Part shown: positions 26,131 through 37,139 of the stretch, piece by piece | Layout of the letters: every line of letters begins with the position of its first letter | Numbering within the stretch: the stretch's first letter is position 1 | DNA from: Takakia lepidozioides | Lineage: Eukaryota; Plantae; Bryophyta | Assembly: GCA_030704615.1 (NCBI GenBank) | Contig: CM060733.1 | Coordinates: 13,392,001 to 13,456,000, forward strand | Length of the DNA: 64,000 nt | Direction: 5' to 3' | Made by a program: the position numbers and the translations under genes | Notes under the pieces: model-generated | The model's database searches: none | What the model saw: only the letters and a program-made list of their open reading frames with translations | What the model was told of the DNA's origin: nothing

Positions 26131-28669
26131 TGCCTCTCAGTTGCCGAAGGGCAATTACCTACAACTTGTACATGATTATCATGTACAAAAGACACACCTT
26201 TCTGTGGGGCACTCTGCAAATTCATGGAGACCTCACAGGCATATTGAGAGGGTAGTACATATGCCGGCAGTGCTACTGGTGTAGGGGACAACAAAACTGA
26301 TGAACACTTTGCAGTTGCCTCAACAATATGGGGGGATGGATTGAGTTCACCTTCAGACCAACCCTCCATGTCATCATCCCCCTCCATTTCTGAAAGCCCA
26401 AACAATGAGCCTATTGTGTTTGGCTTTGGTGGCGGTGAAGAAACTGCCTTGAACAGGTTGAGTGGTGAGCCCATAACATGAGAAATAGTCTCATTTGTTG
26501 TCTGTGGCGCAAAGGTGGTGCATGGTGGACCTGTAGGCTGTGAATCTGGCACATTCATGCCAAGTTTAGCTGCGAGCGCAATGTTGAATGCAGCTGCTGC
26601 CTCCAGTTGGACTTGGACTGCTTCCAAAGCTGCCTTGGAGCTGGCTTCCATCTGCACTTGTTTGTTTTCCATAGCATCGAGGCGAGCTGCTAGTGAATTC
26701 CCTGCCCCATCACATAGAACCTCCAAAGTAACAATTCACTACACTGACTGATGAACTAGTAAGAAAAGAGAACCAAACGGCAACTAGCAATGGCATGGAA
26801 ATCACGAATATGTAATTCACACCAGAATTGGTACTGAGTTTATATACCGTTGTGGCTGCACTGCCTGTACACCCCGACCCGTAGCCTTTGTCACTCCTGG
26901 CGCTACCGGCGATCTCCTGCAAACTTGGTGTACGTCCAGTCTCCTTCTCTGTGATTGCAACAAACTTGCAAGTGTAAATGACTAGCATAGCACACTGCCA
27001 ACAGTAAAGAATTATCTAGGATAGCGTCAATGACTCCCCCTCAATAAGAGTGCTTAGTTTCTTGCTGGCGCCCAACTCTGAGAAGGCCCCAAGTAGTAGC
27101 AATGTGTACTAATTCCATCCATATAGGAATAGACTCTGAGCTCCAGCCAAAAAAACCCAACACATAAAGTTTGTCAATGCAAAACAATGTGGGAACTTCC
27201 TATGTTGTAAGAGAAGTATACCAGTCGTGCTACAACACCGCTGATTCCACTGCGACCCGATCGAGATGTATTCTTCACACATCCCGCGCCTTGACACCAT
27301 TTGCCTGGAATTTCTTGAAATCAGTGGAACCCCAACTAACAACTAGTTGTGCCCATGTCTTGTCTGGCACATGATGGGGTTTGGGCAGCCCCACACTATA
27401 GTAATTTTTGAACAGCTTATTTCGTTGGTACTTGAGCTGCCCGCAAATTGTTTTTGTAATAGCCTTTATGTTAAGACCAGGAGGTCCGTATTCCCAATCT
27501 GAAGCCAAGATCTCCATGATCTTTTCAATTAAGTGTAATGGTTGATCCTGAGCATACAATGACCAGTCCAACAAACGTTGACACTGCCCTCGCAGAGCTG
27601 TCATCCACTGGTTCCGAGCAGGACCTTCAGGGTTTCCAAGTTCATCACAAGAAATGAAAAATTTCCTCCTCCCTACAGCCACATTCTGAGCAGCCTGGTC
27701 TCTCAGATCTTTTGCAAGTGCCCTTCTTTCCCTCCTTAAAGCATTTTTGCGTTCTATAGGAGTCACACCTGATGTCCCCCCAGGAGTAAGGCTGGAATCC
27801 TGCAAGGTTTCAGCAGTACCTTGCATGTTACCACCTTCACTCTGTTGGGGCTGGACTGTTGTCTCCCACCCCACAGGATGATGCGGAGCAAATGCATCCT
27901 CGGTCTGTTTCAGAATGCCTTTCCCTTTCAGGGTATTAGGTGTACCTGGAGATGTTGGATAAAGAGGTGGCCGCGGTGCAGTGAAGCTCGAAGGTGCCGG
28001 CTGTTGTACTCCACTGTAGTTGGATCCTGAAGGTTGGTGGCCCACCATACTGGACCTGCCCCTGGTGTGGTCTTGCAGGGCTGGTAGGATAGAGGGAGGA
28101 AGTAGGTTGGTTGTACATAGGCCGAGGAGGATACATACTATGGGGATGCATTCCATAATGGTGGTAAATGGAATACCCACCTTGACTAGGATCATGCATT
28201 GGAGCGCCTGCAGGTGGAGCAAAAGAATTGTAATTCTGGCACTGAGGATCATTGTTTGGAGGTTGATAGTGAGGATACGGCATGTGCCCATGCAGATTAT
28301 ACCCTGACATGGCAGGATACTGCGGGTACATAAGCGGATACGAGGGAGGAGCCGATACTGGTGGATACAAGGGAGCTGGAACGTCAGTCTGTGGAGTGGG
28401 CGGGGCTGGTTTTTCGTAAGTTGGAACAACCGCGCCACTCATCACAACAGTTGGCGCAATAGTTGGTGCACACTTTGCTGGAGTAAGAGACTTATGCTCG
28501 TTCGCATCCTTCCCTGCAATTCCCTTCCTTTTTTTTACTGAACTCTGCACACATTGCTCAACATAAACATGAAAACAATACCACCATACTACTAGGGATG
28601 GCAAACCTAGTGGGTAAGCGAAGCCCAAAGGCCTATGCAAGAAGACCCTGTCAGTCAGACCTGCCTATA

Positions 28670-30392
28670 ACAGTGAGGAGTCTTCTAAAGAATGGAAGGG
28701 TACAGTGGAAATGACTGTCTACAATCCAAGACAACCCTGAAAAACTGGAGTACATCACAAAGGGGTACAACGTGCCCATTAGTTCTTCTGAGATTGCTGA
28801 AGCAATAGAACATCTAAAGGGCTATAAAGTTTGGTGTGTCTGATACGATTGTCAAGCCTGGTGTGATCATATGGTAGATGCCCTTGCACTCCTCTTGACC
28901 TTATTGGGAAGACTGAAATGATACCCTTTCGCTGGAGAGAGGGTGTCAGTGTCAATCTGAGGTGACAGATGACAGCCTGGGAACTACCGTAGCATTACAC
29001 TTCTTACCACAGTTTGCAAGCTGTTCTGTAGGATAAGCACCCATCTTGAGGTTGATTTGGAGTCTGGAAGTGTTTTCCATGAAGGTGAGGCAGGCTTCCT
29101 GGGGGCTGTGTCAACCATGTCCCTGAGCTGGCCTATTCAAGGAAGGAAAAAAGAAAGAAACCTCTAAGGAAACCTCTGTCCTAGAACGACACCTTCCTTC
29201 TACAAAGGTTTCCTTCCTTGACATCTTATGGTGCACGCGCTGACATGCTCTCTTTGAGCACCAAAAGCTGAATGGATTCTAAAGTTTTAGCATGATTGGA
29301 GTTGGCCAACCCACACGGCAGATGTGTACTCCAAGGCCTGATAAGGCCTGATCTCTTCATAAGTGCTGGTATGGCGGCATCACCCACCTGTAACCCAAAT
29401 CTCTTGCTTTCCTAATTTTTAAGGGGCTGATAAACGAAAACATTGAAGAGCAGCGGGAGAGGGTAAAACCTTGAGCTACACCTTGGTCAATGTCAAAGAA
29501 ATTAGACTTCTCGCTATTGACCACAACACAAGCTTTGGTGTTCGCATGCAGGTTGTGAACCATCTCCATATCTTTCCCCTGACCCCAGAAGCTGTAGAAC
29601 AACTGACGTGGCTGCTCAGGGCGAGTTTGGAGTACCAGCCTTGAGCTCTCAACATGATGAGTTCAAGGTCAGATGGTACAGTCAGCTGAATCGCATGCCT
29701 CATACCAGCGACCCTATGATAAATACCTGAATATTAGGAAGGAAGAACTCACCCTGCTAGATGAATCTGACGTGGAGGCTGAAGTGTCTAAGGCCATGTC
29801 AAAAGCATGAAGAATGTCCGACAAAACAATGTTAGGCATAAACTTCCCTGAACTCGTTTCCAGTTTGTGACATGGGTGAGGACTTTGAGGATGATCTGAA
29901 GGGCAGACCTACCCTTGGCACTAGACTGAAAATTTACCTCAGGATGGGGAGTCTACCTTTGAACAATAAACAGATGCAGAGAGGAAAGGGAGATTGTCAA
30001 TGCTCACTGGTGTGGGTGGCCTGAAGACAATGTCCATTTTCTGATACAAGTCCGGGGTATTCTCATCAGAGAGCGACCCTCTTCAGGACCATCAAGAACA
30101 TAGTCCCTGCACCTCTGTTCACCAACTTTCAATATCTCAAGGCTGAGTCTAAAGCGGTGGCCTGTTGGGGTCTCATTGCTTGGTAGCCCACATACAACAT
30201 ATTGATGCTTGTGTGAAGGGCTTTCTAAAAGGAATCTGGAAAGCCTGAACTAATGTTTATAACACGGTAAGTCCTACTACTGGAGTGAGCCCCTCATGTC
30301 TGTTCCCTCTTGTTCTGCTGGGCACGGGCAAGGTCTGTGGCCACAAGGCTATGATAAGCAACTTCTCAGGAGTGCATCTCTCTCTCTCTCTC
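28670..30392 (+). mobile_element. Degenerate RTE-like LINE remnant with an internally inverted RT segment, ending in (CT)n
   Basis: 28670-28830 is homologous to 31480-31650. PGNYRSITLL motif at ~28980. Minus-strand DIDQGVAQG RT motif at 29357-29602. 3' end ...cacaaggctatg...(ct)n. Confidence 0.7.
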
Positions 30393-32037
30393 TGAAAGTC
30401 TCGAGGACGAAGGACCTCTTGTGGGTTGTGTTTACATGCCCACAGAGGGGACGCTTTGTGCTGATGCAGACAAAGCCTTCGAAGATGTAAAGCTGGACTG
30501 TGCTTCGTTCCTTGCCAAAGGTCAGGTGGTGCTATTGGGTGACTTCAATGCCCGGGTGGGCAAAGGGCTCCATCAGGACGATATCATTGGACCTTTTGGT
30601 GAGGACGAACTGAATTCTAATGGCAGACGGTTAATTAACTGTCTAGAAGATCTTCAGCTTTTGACCTTGAATAACAGGACAAGAGGTGACCAAGTGCAGT
30701 GGACTCGTGAGAAATCCCAAACTGGGGAACGTTCCATTGTGGATTATATCATAATGGACAAAAATTTGTTCCCCCAGTGTGCCAATGTGTTGATCGACAG
30801 AACTGATATTGGTACCTCTGACCATTTCCTGGTTTGGAATGAGATCAAAAGGTGTTTTCCCAACACCAGAGATATGTGAAACATTCGATTCGGAAGTGGC
30901 GCATAGAAAAACTCCATAATGAGGAGGTCAAGGCTGAGTATGTCCAGCCTTGCAAGAGGCTCTCCCTCATTTTGTCCAATCGCTCCAAGAACTTCAGTCT
31001 CGCTCTGATAACGCAAATGAAGTCGAAAGAGCAGGGGACTCTTGGGAGAGTTTCGTTTCCTCCGTGGTTGACAAGATCATTGGGATGAAACTAATTGTCT
31101 ATGGTAGAGCTGTTAATTGGTGGACCAATGAGATTAAACTCAAGATAGCTGAGAGACGAGCCCTCTATAAAGAGTGCTGCAATTTGGAAACCAACAGAGA
31201 ATTGTGGGCGAGGTACTACCAGCTCCGTAAAGATATCAAACAGCTTGTTAGGTCTCAGAAGAAATTATACTGGGACAAGTTATACAGTGAAATAAACTCA
31301 AACCACCATGGTGGTAATGACAAGAAATTCTGGTTGGCCCTTCAACATTTGTACAAGCCGAAAAACGGTCAGCAAGTACAAGCGCTGAAGACTACTAAAG
31401 GTGCAGTGGTGACTTCATCGGTTGACATTGTCAAAACCTTTGAAACTCACTACAGTATCCTTGGCATAACTTCTAGGTCTAACAGTGAGGGTCTTCTACT
31501 GAATGGAGGGACACAGTTGGAAAAACTGTTCCTATGATGCAAAACAGCCCTGATGAACTGAGAGTATATTTCAATGGCTTATAACGCTCCCATTAGTCCT
31601 TCTGAGATTGTGGAAGCAATTGAACATTTAAATGGATATAAAGCTGGTGGACCTGATGGTATTGTCAACGAGCTTATCAAGCACGGTGGCGATCCCATGC
31701 GGGTTGCCAACATAAATCAGGCGTTGGCAGAGACGGTTCAATCCATCAACTTCAAGACAGAATTCAATCCCTACTTCTCCTCTTTAACCTGATCTAGAAG
31801 ACTGAAACGATCCCTTTCGCTGGTGACAGGGCGTCATTGTCAATCTATACAAGAAGGATTTCTAGAGGATATCTGGAAAACCCGAATTAATTCTATATAT
31901 GAAGGTAAGTCTTACTACCAACGTCAGCCCCTGACAGAGGTAGGTTCTGTCCCTTTTGTTCCCGCTCAAACTGGGCGCGGGGTCAATGTCCACAAGGCTA
32001 CGGCAAACAACGTCTTATGAGTACAATCTCTCTCTCT
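30393..32037 (+). mobile_element. 5'-truncated, internally deleted LINE (APE endonuclease plus start of RT)
   Basis: VLLGDFNARVG, SIVDYII and SDHFLV (APE), then KAGGPDGIVNELIKHGG. 3' end ...cacaaggctacggcaaacaacgtcttatgagtac(tc)n. Confidence 0.85.
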
Positions 32038-33177
32038 GATGAAAATGAAGTTAGACAAAGTGGCTTGTCACTACCGTTCATGTTGTTCTTCTTCTTGGTC
32101 CATGGATTGGTGAGAGACAATCACCAAGTCAAAACCACTATTCTCAGTTTATGGGTTCAAGATGAAAAAGGAAAAAGAGGCAACATTTATATACCATCAT
32201 GAAGGAGAGTCAAGCATACCATAAGAGTACCAACACTCACATTGCTGAAAACAAAGGCACATGGTCCACAAGTTGAATTGGCAAAGAGATGTTGGAGGTT
32301 TAGGGGTAAGGACTTCAAGTGCCTCTAGTGCTGCATTGTCTATCTGGCTTTGTTGAAGAAGAAGTATGACCCCACAACTGTTGGCCTCATTACAATCCAG
32401 ACCAAGCCAGAAAGCAGGCAACTGGAGTTGACATTCCAGTGAGCCTTTTCCCACCCAAATTCATATGCAAGACTCATGCCCAACAACCTTGCTGCAATTG
32501 TTTCTTACCCTCACTGCCTTTTCATATGCACATGGAGACAAATTTGGTGCAGATCGCAAACCTGCTGATGGTTGGGGAGTTTGCAGGGTGCTTTGCGCGC
32601 TTTGTCTTTGTTGGGGCTTCTTTCATCGTTTCCATCTCTGACTCCGAGCTGGTCTCATTAGTCTTCATTGCGGCATAATCTGTATCGCTGCAATTCTTGC
32701 TCTCGTGCCTCCTCTGTGTCTGACTCCGCTTGAACCTGCGCTTCCTCCTCTTGCTCTACCTCTTTCTCCCGTTGTGACATTGCAGAGTGCAGGAGTTGAA
32801 CTCTGTGACTTCGGCGAGGAGGACCTGTGTGTTTGAGGATTTCCTCAACGAGGCGTTTAGGGCGACTCAAGCTCTCTTCGACGCTGCAAAGAAGAAGAAA
32901 GACAAAGTCAGCAGCTGCAAAACCCTAACATATCCTCTCTGCAGGTTTGGAGCTTTTAATGCGGTTTCATGGCTAGGGCTAGGTAGGGGATATGAAAAAA
33001 ACGGAAGTTCGGACCTCTTTGCAATGTCGTAGATCTTCAGTCGTGCGAAGAATGCCTTGTTCTCCGCTTGACGCTTTGCTCGTTCTACCTCCCTCGCTGT
33101 AGGCTTGCGCCCTGGTGTAACTTCTGGACACTCTATTTGGGTCTCCATTTCCTGACGAGTCTCACTCACTCGCCAAG

Positions 33178-36100
33178 ATGATCCCTCCTACTGCCCATCG
33201 ATTGCAAAGGCGGACACAAGCAGAACATGACGATGACAGATTGTGGAAACTAGAGGAAGCGCGAGCAAGAAGACTGGGTCTTCGGAAAATTCTATGTCCA
33301 TGCAATGCCTGTCATGGTGGGAACTGGCAAACCATTGGCCGGGCTAAGCGTCATCTGCTTTTGAACTTGCGAGATCCTAACTTACGAGAACTCCCGGTGC
33401 ATATCTCTGGATTCTCTTCCCTTTGCAGATGCATACTTTGAAATTATAAGAAACAGTTCAAATTCCTGGTAGCGGTATTGTTGTAAGGTGTAGAGTATTG
33501 TACATGCCCGTTTTCCTATTGCCACGTGCCTGTATAATGGCACGTTCCACATCCACTATTGCAAATGAAAAAACTCCCCATCTTATAGTGGATTGACATG
33601 TGGCGTCTGATATGTACTAAGCAGGAAAACTCTGGAGACGAACATGAGGGGTTTAGAACGGAAACCAGCCCTGCAGGTGGTCCTGATACCTTGGATCGTA
33701 ATCTTGACATGCTTAGAATGCTCCGGGAGACATTCGCAACTATAGATAATGGGGTGCAAACTGGTGATGCACATGAGGAACCGGGAGATGGAACACAGGG
33801 CCAATGGGACACAGATGGAGTGCCAGAGCAGACTGATGGTGGACTGAAGAGCGATGGTGATCGTGGTGCAGCGAGTGCCTTACGTTTTGAGCACGAGGCA
33901 TCCAGGGCTTTATATGTAGGGAGTTCTTCCTCTCGATTGTCTGCTACCTTACTGCTGTTAAATGCTTGTCAAACCCATGGTGTGTCAAACACCTTTGTCG
34001 ATGAACTCCTTACATTGTTAGGAAGACAACTGTTGCCAGCAGACAATTGCCTGCCAAAGTCCCACTATGAGGCAAAACAACTCATAATGGAACTCGGGCT
34101 TCATTACGAGAGTATACATGCATGTCCGAAAGGCTGTGTGTTGTTCAGAAGGGAGCTTCAGAATTTGGAGGTTTGTCCAAAATGTCAGGCACGTCGTTAT
34201 GTGGTGGGTACGAAGACACCAGTACCTCGTAAGGTCCTTCGACATTTCCCTATCATTCCAAGGCTGCTTCGAATGTATAAAGCCAAATCCATCTCAGAGT
34301 TAATGTCATGGCACTTTAAGAATCTGGATGGCTTGGTTAGGCACCCAGCAGACAGCAAGGCTTGGGCCCACATTGACCAAAAATGGCCTGAGTTTGCAGC
34401 GGACCCCAGAAATCTGCGATTGGGTCTCGCATGGGATGGTGTCAATCCTTACAGTGATAAATCAAACAAATGGTCAACTTGGCCTGTCATGTTGGTAAAC
34501 TATAATCTTCCACCCTGGCTGTGTACTAAGCCATTTTTCACGATGTTGGCTTTATTGATTCCTGGACCACAATCTGTGGGAAATGACAATGCAGATGTTT
34601 ATCTGCAGCCCCTTGTGGATGAGCTGAAATTGTTGTGGGAAGTTGGTGTGGAGGCATTGGATGGAAGTAGCCTAGTGGGGCAACAGTCATTTCGCATGAG
34701 GGCCATCTTGATGTGGTCAATCCACGACTTTCCAGCTTATGGGTTGCTAGCAGGATGCGCACACGGGGGATACAAGGCCTGCCCAGCTTGCGGCCCTAAT
34801 GTTGATTCCAGGTACTCCAAGGCATGCAAAAAAGTTTTGTATCTTGGTCATAGGAGATACTTGCCTGCTGTTCATCCCTATAGGAATAACTCGTCCCACT
34901 TTAATGGACATGTGGAACATAGAGCAGCTCCTATGGTGGTCACTGCAAGTGAGCAATTTGACCGGGCTAAAACCAGAGAGTTGTATCTCGCAATGGGAGG
35001 GGCTGAGGGGGGAAAACAGGACCCTTCAAAGGAACATGGCATGAAACGGGTCACTGTTTTGAACCAATTGCCATACTGGAAAGACTTACTCATCCGATAC
35101 ACACTGGATGTGATGCATTGTGAAAAAAATTTGTGTGAGAATGTGCTGAGAACCATTCTTGGGGAGAAGGACACAGCCACATCTAGGAAGGATATGGAAC
35201 TCAATGTCATTCGTGAACACTTGTGGTTGAGACCCCATCCCTCTCACCCGAACAAGTTGGTGAAGCCTTTGGCCCCATATGTTCTTACTGAAGATGAGAA
35301 GGTGCTGTTTTTGGAAACATTGGCTGCAGTAAAGGCCCCCACAGGTTATGCTGCCACATTCCAGAAACATGTGGCTGACAATAAACTGTCTACAATGAAA
35401 ACCCATGACTACCATGTAATGATGCAGCAGATTTTACCTCTTTGCATTCGAGGGGTATTGGGAAAGGGTCCACGGATGGCAATTATGAGGCTTTCTCGAG
35501 TCTTCCGAAAAGTGTGTGCAAAGATCATTAATCCAACTGAGCTACCGGCCTTAAAAGAAGATGTTGCAATCACTATGTGTCTGCTGGAGAAAGAATTCCC
35601 TCCGTCATTTTTTGATATCATGACTCACTTGCTTGTACACCTTGTGGACGAATTGGAGGTGTGTGGTCCCGTGTCTAGCCGTTGGATGTATCCTATGGAA
35701 CGGTATATGAAGACATTAAAAGGCTATGTAAGGAATATGAGCCGACCTGAAGGGAGCATGGCGGAAGGGTATGCTTTGGATGAGGCCCTAGGGTTTCTAA
35801 CTGAGTATATGGCTGAATTTCATGCTACAAGCCGAAGGGTGTGGGACTCCAATGAAGAAGACTCAGTTAGTGGGGAGGTGGTTCAAGGATTGGGAAGTGT
35901 ACGAGTCCTCACCATTCAAGAACGAGACAGTGCACACGAGTATATTTTGCACAACACAGATTGCATGAAACCATTCCTTGAGTAAGTATGTTGCTTATCA
36001 TATCCTGTGTGTTTCATTTCTGCCAATGGTATAAGCTGTAATCCTAATTTGCAATTCTCATTTGGACAGGGCCTATGAAGAGGAGATGGCACTCATAGAA

Positions 36101-36862
36101 GCATCCCGCACTGAGTTCAGAACAACATTCCTTTGTGGACAAGACCAAGACCACCACAATGGAGAAATTCCATACCCAACAGATATGCGCTTACTGGCTC
36201 CATTCCATGAATGGATTGAAGGTGCTGTCCAACGCAAGGTGAGTTCAGGTGAGTCCTATGATTTGGACATATGCCATTTATGTATACCACTAGCAGTACA
36301 GTCCTTGGGCTTCAAGTCCATGTATGCTTACGGCAATCACTTTCGAGCAATACGTGATGGGACTGGCGCCACAGACAGGGTGACATTTGATTCTGGAGTT
36401 GCTCAAGTATTCCATCAGGAAAGCGAAAACAGAGCAGGTATGTCCAAACGAGTGTTATCCCAATTGGAATATGTGGGTGTTGTAACAGAAATAATTCAAC
36501 TGGATTACGGAATTCTTCACCCAATTCTGTTCTTGTGTAGATGGGTGAGGTCACACATGGTGGGCCGGAATGCCACCATGAAACGAGATGATTATGGCTT
36601 TCTCTTGGTTGACTTCAGTCGCATGTTACCTCGGATGGAGCAGCCCTGGACATTCCCTAGTCAGGTGGAGCAAGTTTTTTTCTCGGATGAAAAAAGTTCA
36701 CGAGGGAACTGGAAGGTGGTCCTTCACAAGGACCCTCGATCCCGACGAGTGGTTCACGATATTACAGAAGTGGCACTGGGTGAGGGAGACACTTATGTAG
36801 GCATGGTGCCTCCTGAAATTCCTCATAACATCATGACTGAGCTTGTGTTTGTGTTCCTTTGA
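33178..36862 (+). CDS. CACTA Tnp2/TnpD transposase (3 exons: 33178-33396, 33625-35981, 36070-36862)
   Basis: CPCxxC transposase-associated domain, IHACPKGC...CPKC, LGLAWDGVNP, SIHDFPAYG, LDVMHCEKN, WMYPMERYMK.LK, DUF4216-like C-terminus. Splice phases are compatible. Confidence 0.93.
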
Positions 36863-37139
36863 GTGAGGCAGATGAATTGGCCATTGCCAACTTGAATGCA
36901 CTTGCAAGGCAGAGGCGAAATGGTAGAAGGCGGAGGCAAGCTCCACATGGGAGGTACCAGGCCAGTTGTGCTATGGTCTAGAGTTGGTTTCTGCTATTGC
37001 ATGTATTTTTCCAGGGTTTAGACTTGATACAACATGGTACCTTGCATGGGTGGGAGTGACTGAGCTGTTGGGGTGGGCAAAATTCTGACAAACACACTTT
37101 CATTTGTGACAGTGAACCCTAAACAGTCATGGAGTTGTG

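Larger units (their letters stand above)
24604..33148 (-). pseudogene. CACTA TnpA/PTTA-like accessory gene with integrated FCP1/NIF phosphatase domain and Tnp1-like C-terminal domain; frameshifted
   Basis: Exons ~33148-33015, 32883-32562, 28544-~27220, ~26950-26820, ~26720-25450 and ~24850-24604. Core P.HVPDKTWAQLVVSWGS...N..AR...SRSGRSG (Transposase_24-like). C-terminus VKSV.ISEVVLPYP...TLGDTQGSSTLW. Frameshifts at ~32660, 28030, 27285, 25790 and 24815. Confidence 0.72.
23663..37130. mobile_element. CACTA (En/Spm) transposon, element 2; right end missing or truncated
   Basis: Starts CACTAATACAGAAACCGGTTTTTTTAACGG (tta TSD candidate), with subterminal repeats to ~24070. Contains TnpA-like and Tnp2 genes. 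No matching ...TAGTG end seen. Confidence 0.88.
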
